Assembly: GCA_000435595.1 (NCBI GenBank)
Contig: FR895425.1
Span: 14,273-78,272, forward strand
Reading direction: 5' to 3'
Source of the DNA: Firmicutes bacterium CAG:882
GTDB taxonomy: Bacteria; Bacillota; Clostridia; Lachnospirales; Lachnospiraceae
Length of the DNA: 64,000 nucleotides
Shown piece by piece: positions 9,587-19,445 of the stretch. The notes under the pieces were generated by a model. That model was not told the origin of the DNA. It did no database searches and worked only from the letters and a program-made list of their open reading frames with translations. Each line of letters opens with the position of its first letter. Within the stretch, counting starts at the first letter, position 1. Made by a program: the position numbers and the translations under genes.

Positions 9587-12500
9587 ATGCTTAAGGATAT
9601 GGTTAAGATAGATAAGAGATTTGAAAATTCAATTAATCTCTACCTTGATATAGATAACAGGAATAAGATAGACAGCTATGTGTATACGCGCTCATCGCAG
9701 AACATAATGGACTATTATCTGGACAATATAGATAACGATAGGAATCATGCGACAATGCTCATCGGACCTTACGGCAAGGGCAAGTCACACATGCTTCTGG
9801 TTCTTCTTGATAAGGTGAGAAGTATGGAACATCCATACCTCCCGATAATAATATCCGGCACGGGGGATGACCTCAATCAGGTATTTCTTATAGGACTTAC
9901 CGACGCGCTTAAGAGGGCACGGCTTGAAAAGCTTGCACCTGAGAGCTATTACAGCGAAGCCGCAAGGCGTATCGGGCAGTGGAAATGTGATTTTCCCGAT
10001 GCGTATGATAGATTCAAGGCAGAACTTCATAAGCTTGGCATAGGCAGCGTCGATGATTTTACCAGGGAGCTTGGCAGGCAGTCGAAGAAAGCACTTGGCA
10101 TGTTTGAGCAGATATACCCTGTTATAACAAGCGGCAGTGAATTCAAGCCGTTTCTGATGGTCGAGACGGTGAGAATATATGAGCAGATAAGGGATGTGCT
10201 TGCGAGGGAGTATGGATATTCGGGTCTTTATATTATTTTTGATGAGTTCAGCAAGTACGTCGAGGGGCATGAGAAGGACACATTCGCTAAGGATATGAAG
10301 GTGCTGCAAGATATGTGTGAGCTGGCGGGAAGAAGTGGTGACGGAAGAATATATCTCACCTGCGTTGCACACAAGAGCATCAAGGAGTACGATGCTAAGC
10401 TCTCCGGCGAGATGAAGAACGCATTCAGAGGTGTAGAGGCAAGGCTTGATGAGGTGAGATTTGTTGTTTCCTCACAGAACAATTACGAGCTCATAGGAAA
10501 TGTAATCAGGAAGGACAATAATGCTTTAAAAAGAATCCGTAGAATTGAGCGGTATTACCAAAACGCTATAAAGTCCTATAGCTTTTCATGTTTTTCGGGA
10601 CTTTTTGATGAGGACGATTTCAGAAAGTATGTTGTTGAGGGATGTTTTCCTCTTATGCCTCTCACGGCATACATGCTTTTACATATAAGTGAGAAGGTTG
10701 CACAGAATGAGAGAAGCATATTCACGTATCTGTCGCACGACGAGAAGGGAAGTCTGTGCAGGATAGTGGAGGAGTGTACCCTTGATGAGGCAGATTACGG
10801 TGTCACGGCGGATACAATATATGATTATTTTAAAAGCCTTTTCAGGGCTGACGGCACGGATGCACTCATACACAACGAATGGCTCAAGGCAGAGTATGCA
10901 CTTGAACGTGCAGAGGATGAGGATGAAAAGAAAGTAATCAAGGTTATAGCACTTATAGGCATAATAGACAGACCTGATGAGGTATCGGCGGACATGGAGC
11001 ATATCGCATGCTCCCTCAATATTACTTCAGAGGAATGCAGTGCGATAATGGACAGACTTGTGGAGCGCAAGGCGGTTATTTACCGCAGGAGAAAGCATGC
11101 TTACTGCTTCTATAACAATGTGGGGGTTGACATTCAGGCGGAAATTGCTGGCAGAGCGGCGAAGCTTCCAGCAGATGCGGATATTCTCGGAACATTGAAG
11201 AGCATATCAGAACTTGATTATGTTCTTCCGAAGAAATACAATCAGGATTTTTCGATGACAAGGTACTTTGAGTATGTGTTCATGACACCTGAGCAGATAA
11301 GCAGGCTCCCTAAGCCGTCTGTGCTTTTTGAACAGCGTTTCTCCGACGGAAAAATTGTTGCGGTTGTGTCTGAACAGCCTGTAGAGTACGATGAGCAGCT
11401 TTTTGAAAGACTTAACGATAAGAGAATAGTGGTGCTTGTGCCGCAGATGGTATTCAATCAGACGGACAATATAAGAAAATATATAGCGGCAAGGGAGCTT
11501 ATCAAGGATAAGGCGTTTATCGATGAGAACGCAGTGTTAGAGCAGGAGCTTGTCAATTATTGTGATGATGCAGCTTACGAGGTGAACAGATACTTAGAGG
11601 AGGCATTTGACACAGAAAGCGGAATGTGCCGGGTATATCATGCCAATGAGAAATATGCCGGAGGTTTCAGACATTCAATGACATTTAACATGTTTTTGAG
11701 CAGCATAATGATGGATTATTATGACAATGCGCCTATTGTCAACAACGAGCTTATAAACAGACAGAACATATCTGCACAGAACAAAAAGGCAAGAAATAAG
11801 ATAGTGGATATGATTTTGTCCAATGCTGACTGCTCGGAATTTCTGAAGGGAACATCGCCTGAATCAACCATATATAGGGCTGTCCTTGTTAATACAGGAG
11901 TATGCGGAGGCGGAAATATTGAGTCCGGCTGTGAGCGTGTCATTATGGAAATCGACCGCTTCATTGCACAATGTGATGACAACAGATGCTCATTCAAGGT
12001 TCTGTATGACAGAATTATGGGTATGGGATACGGAACAAGAAAGGGAATAATCCCAATATATATATCACTATGTCTTTCAAGACTGCATGATAAGCCGGTG
12101 CTGAGCTTTAAGGAGAAGGAAGTTGAACTTGACTCGGGCACACTTGGCAATGTAAATGACGCCCCGGGGAACTATTATCTGTATGTGGAGCACAAAAGCA
12201 TAGAGAAGCAGAATTACATTAATGAATTAAAAAAGCTCTTTGGTGCAGGCACCGGGCAGGATGATGACAGAGGTGTTCTTACCGGAATACTCAGATGGTT
12301 CAGGGCTCTGCCGCAGGCGGCATCCAATATAGGAAGGGATGCACGATGTGATGAGAACATGGCGGCTAAGCTTAAGAAGCTGTGCAGTATGCTGAGACGT
12401 CAGGATTACAACCCTCATGATTTCCTTTTTACCGAACTTCCTGCAGGGGTAGGGGCAGACAAGGGAGATTATGTATCGGCGATAGATGAACTCGTCAGGT

Positions 12501-13057
12501 TAAAACAGTTTCTCGACCACTATCTCGAGAATGTTTCATCCGAGGCGGCTTCAATTATAAAGCGCAGATGTGGTGCGGACGAGCAGGACAGCTTGAGAGC
12601 GGTTCTTGACGGTTATAATGCAAGATATACAGGACAGCGTAAGGACATTATTTTAAATCGACGCACACAGTCAATCGTAAGGTACATTTACGGACTGTCT
12701 ACATTCGATGACGCAGAGATTGTGTCGGGATTATCTAAGCTCGTCACGGATATATATATAGATGACTGGCGCGACGGAATGCTTGAGAACTTTAAAAGAG
12801 GCTGGAATGAGTTCTGTGATGAAATCGAGAGTGAACATTCCGCCGGAAGCGGCACCGGGATAGAAAAGCTGCTCCTGGAAGGTCAGGATCAGAACCTGCT
12901 TGACGGCAGTGACACAGACGACAACAGCACAAGCTATTTTTTAAAGAATGCAATAAGGGAAGCAATAGATGAGTTCGGTGACAGCCTTGATACCAAGGAG
13001 AAGGTCGCCGTGCTTGCGAGAGTGCTCGCCGAGCTTGTCGCCGGAGAAAATACATAG
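9587..13057 (+). CDS. sspC: large P-loop ATPase, DUF499/BrxC-like (SspC-like)
   Basis: 1156 aa. Walker A GPYGKGKSHMLL matches the G-x-Y-G-x-GKSH loop of DUF499 ATPases. Lies between the DUF4007 and cysteine desulfurase genes. Confidence 0.6.
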   Translation: MLKDMVKIDKRFENSINLYLDIDNRNKIDSYVYTRSSQNIMDYYLDNIDNDRNHATMLIGPYGKGKSHMLLVLLDKVRSMEHPYLPIIISGTGDDLNQVFLIGLTDALKRARLEKLAPESYYSEAARRIGQWKCDFPDAYDRFKAELHKLGIGSVDDFTRELGRQSKKALGMFEQIYPVITSGSEFKPFLMVETVRIYEQIRDVLAREYGYSGLYIIFDEFSKYVEGHEKDTFAKDMKVLQDMCELAGRSGDGRIYLTCVAHKSIKEYDAKLSGEMKNAFRGVEARLDEVRFVVSSQNNYELIGNVIRKDNNALKRIRRIERYYQNAIKSYSFSCFSGLFDEDDFRKYVVEGCFPLMPLTAYMLLHISEKVAQNERSIFTYLSHDEKGSLCRIVEECTLDEADYGVTADTIYDYFKSLFRADGTDALIHNEWLKAEYALERAEDEDEKKVIKVIALIGIIDRPDEVSADMEHIACSLNITSEECSAIMDRLVERKAVIYRRRKHAYCFYNNVGVDIQAEIAGRAAKLPADADILGTLKSISELDYVLPKKYNQDFSMTRYFEYVFMTPEQISRLPKPSVLFEQRFSDGKIVAVVSEQPVEYDEQLFERLNDKRIVVLVPQMVFNQTDNIRKYIAARELIKDKAFIDENAVLEQELVNYCDDAAYEVNRYLEEAFDTESGMCRVYHANEKYAGGFRHSMTFNMFLSSIMMDYYDNAPIVNNELINRQNISAQNKKARNKIVDMILSNADCSEFLKGTSPESTIYRAVLVNTGVCGGGNIESGCERVIMEIDRFIAQCDDNRCSFKVLYDRIMGMGYGTRKGIIPIYISLCLSRLHDKPVLSFKEKEVELDSGTLGNVNDAPGNYYLYVEHKSIEKQNYINELKKLFGAGTGQDDDRGVLTGILRWFRALPQAASNIGRDARCDENMAAKLKKLCSMLRRQDYNPHDFLFTELPAGVGADKGDYVSAIDELVRLKQFLDHYLENVSSEAASIIKRRCGADEQDSLRAVLDGYNARYTGQRKDIILNRRTQSIVRYIYGLSTFDDAEIVSGLSKLVTDIYIDDWRDGMLENFKRGWNEFCDEIESEHSAGSGTGIEKLLLEGQDQNLLDGSDTDDNSTSYFLKNAIREAIDEFGDSLDTKEKVAVLARVLAELVAGENT

Positions 13058-13073
13058 AATCGGGGAGATACAG

Positions 13074-14231
13074 ATGAGTGTAATTTACCTTGACAATGCA
13101 GCGACCACCTATCCAAAACCGGAGGGTGTCTATGAACAGATGGATAAAGTCAACCGCAGTCTGGCGTTTAACGCCGGACGTGGTTCTTATGCTCTGGCGC
13201 AGCAGTCGGCAGTTATCATTGACAATCTCAGAAGAGAATTATTGCGCATTGCGAATGCGATGAATGTAGCAGAGGTCGTACTGTCGGCTTCTGCTACATT
13301 TGCATTGAATCAGATAATCGGCGGACTGGGTATGAGGGCGGAGCAGTATGTGTATATATCGCCTTATGAGCACAATGCCGTTGTTAGAACACTTTACAAT
13401 CAAAAAATATACAGAGATGAAGAGAACTGCACGCATATTATTGTCATGCCTCTTCTGCCGGACGGGGGAATCAATGAGGAAAGGCTTCTGTACGAATTCA
13501 GCATACACACACCATCGTTCGTGTTCATGAGCAATGTGAGCAATGTAACCGGTTACATCCTTCCTGTGGAGAGGATTGCGTCCGCAGCCAAGGCATACGG
13601 TGCCACCGTTGTCGTAGACGGCTCACAGGCATTAGGCCTTGTTCCTTTTGACATGTCGGCATCAGACGTGGATTTCTATGTGTTTGCCGGACACAAGACA
13701 CCTTACGGTCCGTTCGGAATCGGCGGTTTCTATATGAAAAACGGAAGGAACCTCGACACATTCATAGCAGGCGGCACAGGAACAGATTCTCTCAATGTCG
13801 GCATGCCGCTCGCGGGTACGGTACGTTATGAACCGGCAAGCCCGAATGTCATAGCGGCAGCAGGGCTGCTTGCCGCTGTAAAAGAACTCACGACAGATGA
13901 GATAGCACACCGCCTGGAGCATGAGAAGAAACTTACTGAATATCTTGTAAACGGAATGCGCAAGATACCGGGCATCAGGCTGTATCTTGCGCCTGCACAG
14001 TCGCATGTCGGAATAGTCGCTTTCAATCTTGCGGGCTACAAGGCCTCCGACATCGGAATGATTCTCGATGCGGATTACAATATTGCGGTTCGCACAGGCT
14101 ACCACTGTGCTCCGCTTATACATGAATATTTGGACGACAGAGAATACCTTGGAGTTGTGAGAGCAAGCATAAGCATGTTCACGGGTTATGATGAAGCGGA
14201 TGCGCTGGTCGAGGCACTGGGGGAGATTTAG
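13074..14231 (+). CDS. sspA: cysteine desulfurase (class V aminotransferase, SspA/DndA/IscS-like)
   Basis: MSVIYLDNAATTYP N-terminus and PLP-lysine region FAGHKTPYGPFGIGG. GGGGAG RBS before the ATG at 13074. The ORF track starts earlier, at 12969, inside the sspC 3' end. Confidence 0.8.
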   Translation: MSVIYLDNAATTYPKPEGVYEQMDKVNRSLAFNAGRGSYALAQQSAVIIDNLRRELLRIANAMNVAEVVLSASATFALNQIIGGLGMRAEQYVYISPYEHNAVVRTLYNQKIYRDEENCTHIIVMPLLPDGGINEERLLYEFSIHTPSFVFMSNVSNVTGYILPVERIASAAKAYGATVVVDGSQALGLVPFDMSASDVDFYVFAGHKTPYGPFGIGGFYMKNGRNLDTFIAGGTGTDSLNVGMPLAGTVRYEPASPNVIAAAGLLAAVKELTTDEIAHRLEHEKKLTEYLVNGMRKIPGIRLYLAPAQSHVGIVAFNLAGYKASDIGMILDADYNIAVRTGYHCAPLIHEYLDDREYLGVVRASISMFTGYDEADALVEALGEI

Positions 14232-14243
14232 GAGGATGAGAAG

Positions 14244-16535
14244 ATGGATTTAAAGTTTGCAGAGATAAGAAATATTAATCAGTTATGCAATTTAGAAAGT
14301 AAAGGAAATAACAATGAAAATGTACCGCTGAATGTAAATATTCCATATTACCAGAGACCATACAAATGGGATAATACAAGAATTGGTAATCTAATTACAG
14401 ACTTTTATGATAATGAAGAAAATGAGAATGAAGATGAGGGATATTTTGCTGGTTCGGTTGTTATGGTTAAAGGAGAAAGCGGAAGATTTGAGGTTATTGA
14501 CGGGCAGCAGAGAATCACGACACTTTTTTTAATGAATTATCTGAGATTTTTGCTTATTAGAGGATATATTGAGCTGATAATAAAAACCAAAAAAATGTCT
14601 AAAATCAAGACACAAATTGATGAGCTTATTGATACAGCGGTTAATTTGTTTGATAAGGAAAAAATTATAAAATTACGTAATGTAAGCAGTGGAATAGATA
14701 ATTATATCAGCGATATTGAAAATGATGGACATGATGCTGAAAAAAAGGACAGCATATGGGATGCATTACTTGAATATTACGAGAAAGAATTAGGTTTGCC
14801 AAAGAGAAATTTTACTAATATTGAAAGTTATAAAAGGGAATGTTATCTGGAAAACAAGAAATTTCTGGCGAATGTAGGACTGACACTAAGGTACAGTAGA
14901 AACAGTTACAATGAAAAGCTTAAAGAAGCTTTATGCAGAGCTGTAATACTAATGCAGAGTGATGATATCAATCCGTGTTTTACAATGTGTTGTTTTGAGA
15001 AAAATTCAGTGTTTAAGAGTGTAGTAACAGAACAATATATGAATGCTATGAAATATATATATGATAATATTGTCACCGCATATATAGTCGGTGAAGAAAA
15101 ACCGGTTGAGTATATTGTAAAGCTAGAAAATGCAATGAAAAATATATTGGATAATATTAATTTTTGCGTTGTGGTTACGGGCAGAGAAAAGGATGCATAT
15201 ACATTATTTGAGGTATTAAATGATAGAAATTTCCCGGTTGAAGATTTGGAATTAATTAAGAATCTTTTTTACAAATATTACTGTAAAAATAGCGAAAACA
15301 ATGATAACACGGATTATTTCATTGAAAAGGCGGATACAAAATGGGGGGAAATATTTAGTGACACAATAGGCAAGGAACAGTCAAAACTTATTTCATATCT
15401 TGCTGCACAATATTTTACAGCGGATGGAAGACTCAAGTACAATGATAATGAGAGATATAGGGAGGCAATAGAAAAACAATACCTGAACAGAAAACAGCGA
15501 TATGATGGAGAAGCATTGTTAAGTGATATATGTGTTTATGAAATGCTTGAAATTATATTAGATGAATTTGATTTTAAATATCAGAAAAAAGCTGAAAATG
15601 TCATAAAAGCAGAGAGAGAAAATTCAAAATCAATTACATACAAAGCGTTAAATTTGTTCAATGCACTTAAATTGTACGGAGTAATACCTGCAATTACCAA
15701 TATTATACTTAAGAAGTTTTTGGAAAAAAATCCTATTAACAGATGGACTGGTGGGGATTATATTACTGCATTTAGAAAGTATGTACAGGAAATAAGGGAT
15801 GACAGAGAAAATAACAATACAGATTTTGCGGAGATTCACAGTGTAGCTTATGATTTCTGGCGTTTTGCACTGCTTGCACAAAATTCGGACAAACCAAGAA
15901 ATATAGCAAAAGACTATATCTCGAAAAATTATGTATCAAATTCTGACTATTCTTTAAAAGTCACAAGTCAGGAAGCAGATGTGTTGAATGAAGAGTTCAG
16001 AAGATGGATTAACGCATGGAAATATGGAAATGAAATTTCCCAGCTGAAGGTTAAAGTACTTTTTATTAATTTATTTAATTCAACTAAAGAGGGAAATACA
16101 CTTATATTCAACAAAACCGGCACAAATTTTAAAACGGATAAAATACAGCTTGATCATTTAGAGCCGGATAAAACCAATGCAGTTGCAAGTGAAAAGTATT
16201 TTGAACCTTCATCTAAGCTGCCAAGAGAAACATATACCGATAGTCTCGGTAATTTCATGATTATGGATGCAGGCAGTAACAATGACAAGAACACAATTCC
16301 GTTGCAGGATGCTCTTGAAATTTATGATAATATGGCTGGTGGTCATTGGCTGATAAAAGAAATTCATGACCTGTTTTATGAGAATGAATGTGGTGTAGAT
16401 AAGAACATTGATGGAAAAAAATACAGAATTCCGAATGAAGAATTTTTCATCAGAAGAAAAAAGAGATTGATATGTTATTTTAAGGCTATTTTGACTAAAA
16501 AGCTTGGCGATAATAAGGTGGAATTTGAACAGTAA
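14244..16535 (+). CDS. sspE: DUF262 (ParB-like NTPase, DGQQR motif) plus C-terminal DUF1524/HNH-like nuclease; SspE-like PT-sensing restriction protein
   Basis: RFEVIDGQQRITTLFL in the N-terminal domain. C-terminal QLDHLEPDK His-Me finger-like motif. 763 aa. Directly follows sspA. About 28-30% GC. Confidence 0.75.
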   Translation: MDLKFAEIRNINQLCNLESKGNNNENVPLNVNIPYYQRPYKWDNTRIGNLITDFYDNEENENEDEGYFAGSVVMVKGESGRFEVIDGQQRITTLFLMNYLRFLLIRGYIELIIKTKKMSKIKTQIDELIDTAVNLFDKEKIIKLRNVSSGIDNYISDIENDGHDAEKKDSIWDALLEYYEKELGLPKRNFTNIESYKRECYLENKKFLANVGLTLRYSRNSYNEKLKEALCRAVILMQSDDINPCFTMCCFEKNSVFKSVVTEQYMNAMKYIYDNIVTAYIVGEEKPVEYIVKLENAMKNILDNINFCVVVTGREKDAYTLFEVLNDRNFPVEDLELIKNLFYKYYCKNSENNDNTDYFIEKADTKWGEIFSDTIGKEQSKLISYLAAQYFTADGRLKYNDNERYREAIEKQYLNRKQRYDGEALLSDICVYEMLEIILDEFDFKYQKKAENVIKAERENSKSITYKALNLFNALKLYGVIPAITNIILKKFLEKNPINRWTGGDYITAFRKYVQEIRDDRENNNTDFAEIHSVAYDFWRFALLAQNSDKPRNIAKDYISKNYVSNSDYSLKVTSQEADVLNEEFRRWINAWKYGNEISQLKVKVLFINLFNSTKEGNTLIFNKTGTNFKTDKIQLDHLEPDKTNAVASEKYFEPSSKLPRETYTDSLGNFMIMDAGSNNDKNTIPLQDALEIYDNMAGGHWLIKEIHDLFYENECGVDKNIDGKKYRIPNEEFFIRRKKRLICYFKAILTKKLGDNKVEFEQ

Positions 16536-16556
16536 TTAAAAAAGGAGGCAGTGTAA

Positions 16557-16707
16557 TGCAAAAACCCGACGAAAGATTATTGAAGACCGTCATGTTTGAA
16601 ATACTTCATCTTGAACGGAAAAATCTCAGAAGCAGAGCAATGACGGATCAGAAAATGGTGGAGGAGATTGGGAAGGTTATCTCGGAGAATATTAAGCTAT
16701 GTAAATA
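16557..16707 (+). CDS. small hypothetical protein (50 aa) coupled to the downstream ATPase
   Basis: Strong RBS AAGGAGG 7 nt before the ATG at 16557. TAA stop abuts the next ORF. Not in the ORF track because it is under 60 aa. Confidence 0.4.
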
Positions 16708-16728
16708 ATGGAGGCGGAGAGGGTACGA

Positions 16729-18768
16729 ATGAAGTTTAAAACACTCAGAATGAAGAATTTTATGCGTTATAAAGGAATAAATGAGATTAATTTCAGTTGT
16801 GACGAAACGCATAATGTTACGGTGATATTGGGGGATAACACTGTAGGAAAAACAACGATTGCTCAGGCGTTTAGATGGTGTCTGTATGGTGCGATTATGG
16901 CTGAACGCGGAAAGAAAGAATCAGATTATCAGCTTCTGAACAATGATGCGCTTGCAAAACTGGATGCCAATAAGAAAGCTTCTGTTTTTGTGGAGATAAT
17001 AGCCGTGGATAGCGAAAGGCTGTATACCATCCATCGTGAAGTTGAATATATGAGGGTGTATCCTAAGTTCATTGCAAAAGAGTCATACAAGACATTGAAA
17101 ATGTTTATTTCAGATATAGACAGTCCTGATATCAGGCGTGAGGTGGAGCCCGGACCTAATTACAATAAGATAAATGAGCTTATAAATGAACTGTTTCCTA
17201 AAAATCTTTCACATTATTTTCTGTTTGATGGTGAGAGATGGAGTGATTTTTCGATAAATGGTGTCAGGGAGAACATTAAAGAATCAGTACATATTTTAAC
17301 CGGACTTTCTGCCTACAAGTCCGCCATGTATCATCTGAAGGATATGGGAGACAATTCAGTTATAAAAAAGTTCAGAAAAAATATTCAGGGAAAAGGCAAT
17401 GTGTATGATGATTATGAGCGTGAGCAGACCAGACTTGAACGTGAAGTGGAAAAATTACAGAAACAGATAGAAAGTATCGATGCCAATATCAGTCTTTGCA
17501 ATAAAAAATGCGATGAGATAGAGTTATATCTTGAGGAAAACAAGGATACGGAACAACTGCAGACGGCATATAAACAGTCTCAGAGAATGCTGAGGGCACA
17601 GGGGGAGAGATACTTAGCCAACTATAAAACTTTTATTTCGGAATACAATTCATGTGCATACAGACTGTTCGCCGGACCGCTTATCGAGGCTTCATTAAAA
17701 ATGGTCAAATCTGTGGCAGGTGAGCGCAGGGATATTCCACACATGAGGCAGGCGAGCATTGATTATATAATCAGAAGCGGAAGATGCATCTGCGGGACAC
17801 CGATAACGGAGGGGTCGTATGCTCTCGAATGCCTGCTCGAACAGAGAAATTATCTTCCGCCTGCCGATATGGGTTCTCTGCTCGGAGAATTTGAAAAGAC
17901 CGCTAACCGATGGAAAAGGGTTGATGACGAACTGCCAGACGATGCGGCAAGGGTTGATGAGAGCGCAAGGGATTATGAGGAGACAATCATTCAGCTTCAG
18001 AAAATGGAAAATAAGATGAATGAGAATATCGATTTTGCAGAGAAGAGAGCACAACTTAGGAGATATAAGGATGAAGCAAACAAGGCTGCAGTGAAAAAAG
18101 GTGAGATAAAGGGACTCATATCATCATATCAGACTCGAATACAGAGTATAGAACTCCAGATGAAGAATCAGGAAATAAAGAATGCCGAAAATGAAAAATG
18201 GAGAAACAAGCTGGGGCTTGCGGAGGCTGTATACGATAAATTATCAGCGGATTTTTCGGAGCGGGAGAAAAAGATATTTTACGAATTGAATGAAGAAATT
18301 CAGGCGAATTTTTCGCGTATGTTCAATGCGAAAGATAAAAGAATCCGGCTCTCGGAAAACTATGAAATTCAGATGTGCTATAAGACCGACATAGGCTATC
18401 AGGAAGAAAAGAACCTGTCGGAAGGAGAAAAGGTAGCAAGAAATTTTGCATTTATTGTGACAATAATGGATTACAGCACACGAAAGAAGAATGAGTATAA
18501 TAAAGCTGACTCAATCGTTGAGGATAAGGATGATGATTGCAATGATGCGCTTCCTATTGTGCTTGATGGACCATTCTCAAAACTCGGCGAGGAAAATATC
18601 TCTCTGGTGGCAAATGTGCTTCCGAAGGTATCGGAGCAGGTCATAGTATTTATGCTCAGAAAAGACTGGGCGTACACGGGACTTGATGAGTATGTCGGAG
18701 CGGAGTACTCGATTGACAAAAATCCTGAAGAAAGCTTTGCGTCGATAAGAAAGGTGGACAGAGGCTGA
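16729..18768 (+). CDS. SMC/DndD-like ABC ATPase (AAA_23 N-terminal head, coiled-coil middle, C-terminal head)
   Basis: N-terminus MKFKTLRMKNFMRYKGINEINF...ILGDNTVGKTTIAQAFRWCLYG (Walker A). Long charged coiled-coil middle. C-terminal LPIVLDGPFSKL (Walker B/D-loop). 679 aa, like DndD. Confidence 0.7.
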   Translation: MKFKTLRMKNFMRYKGINEINFSCDETHNVTVILGDNTVGKTTIAQAFRWCLYGAIMAERGKKESDYQLLNNDALAKLDANKKASVFVEIIAVDSERLYTIHREVEYMRVYPKFIAKESYKTLKMFISDIDSPDIRREVEPGPNYNKINELINELFPKNLSHYFLFDGERWSDFSINGVRENIKESVHILTGLSAYKSAMYHLKDMGDNSVIKKFRKNIQGKGNVYDDYEREQTRLEREVEKLQKQIESIDANISLCNKKCDEIELYLEENKDTEQLQTAYKQSQRMLRAQGERYLANYKTFISEYNSCAYRLFAGPLIEASLKMVKSVAGERRDIPHMRQASIDYIIRSGRCICGTPITEGSYALECLLEQRNYLPPADMGSLLGEFEKTANRWKRVDDELPDDAARVDESARDYEETIIQLQKMENKMNENIDFAEKRAQLRRYKDEANKAAVKKGEIKGLISSYQTRIQSIELQMKNQEIKNAENEKWRNKLGLAEAVYDKLSADFSEREKKIFYELNEEIQANFSRMFNAKDKRIRLSENYEIQMCYKTDIGYQEEKNLSEGEKVARNFAFIVTIMDYSTRKKNEYNKADSIVEDKDDDCNDALPIVLDGPFSKLGEENISLVANVLPKVSEQVIVFMLRKDWAYTGLDEYVGAEYSIDKNPEESFASIRKVDRG

Positions 18769-19289
18769 TGGCTGATTTTGAATTTTTTAAAAAGCAGTTT
18801 GAATTTAAAGGAAAGCACTCAAGAATGGTGTCTGAACTTTGTGTTGCTAATGATTTTGAGCATACATTTTTTAGAAGGATTATTGACGTGTATGTATTTG
18901 CAGCAATAATAGGTATCCGTCTTGACAGAAAAGCTTCGGAAGATTATTCACCGGTGGAGACAAAAAGTATTTTTCCGGAGCAGATGATAAATGCCAAGGA
19001 AGACTTGGATTTCATAATGCAGATGATGATAATGTTAGATTCGGGTCCGGGAACTACTGCTGAGGACAGAGTAAGGGAAGCCTTTAGAGGTGCACAGACT
19101 AAGGAAGAGTATGACAGGCTGATGGGAATTTTCAATGACTATGTGAGAGGTGGAGTTGAAGAACTTTACGAAAGACTTGTTGTCAGAAAGCCTGATTCGG
19201 ATGGCGGATACTACGACGAAAGAACCGCTAATCTTATGGCGCTTTATGATAGGCTTGTTCCGAGGAATATTTCAAAAATCACAAAATAA
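18768..19289 (+). CDS. hypothetical protein (173 aa), translationally coupled to the DndD-like ATPase
   Basis: TGATG stop/start overlap with the upstream gene. No motif I can recognise. Predicted mostly helical. Confidence 0.5.
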   Translation: MADFEFFKKQFEFKGKHSRMVSELCVANDFEHTFFRRIIDVYVFAAIIGIRLDRKASEDYSPVETKSIFPEQMINAKEDLDFIMQMMIMLDSGPGTTAEDRVREAFRGAQTKEEYDRLMGIFNDYVRGGVEELYERLVVRKPDSDGGYYDERTANLMALYDRLVPRNISKITK

Positions 19290-19328
19290 TGCTTTACTTT
19301 TTTAAATATGTGGGGTATAATAAACATA

Positions 19329-19445
19329 CGTTATATCATACCAAGCGATAAACGGTTACAACAATAAGGTCCCGCCGCTGGCGGTGTACCTCAAAGCTCT
19401 AATCCCACTTAAAGTGAATACTTTAAGTGGGATTATCTATTTTAA
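19329..19445 (+). ncRNA. tracrRNA: tracrRNA (anti-repeat, nexus-like hairpin, terminal hairpin, T-run)
   Basis: ttatatcataccaagcgataaacggttacaacaa is 31 of 34 identical to the CRISPR repeat on the same strand. It is followed by taaggtcccgccgctggcggtgtacc (hairpin) and aatcccacttaaagtgaatactttaagtgggatt (hairpin), then ctatttt. TATAAT at 19316-19321 sits about 8 nt upstream. Confidence 0.7.

Noticed and set aside
9785-12418. Multiple 60-195 aa minus-strand ORFs inside the sspC-like gene. Similar antisense ORFs lie inside cas9, sspD, parE and parC, htpG, and the ABC transporter genes.
   Set aside because: They sit entirely within long, well-supported genes on the opposite strand. They have no RBS and low-complexity, Ser/Cys-rich translations. 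They are chance ORFs.
12969-13073. Upstream extension of the cysteine desulfurase ORF by 35 codons
   Set aside because: The extension lies inside the sspC 3' end in another frame and has no RBS. The conserved N-terminus starts at the ATG at 13074, which follows a GGGGAG RBS.
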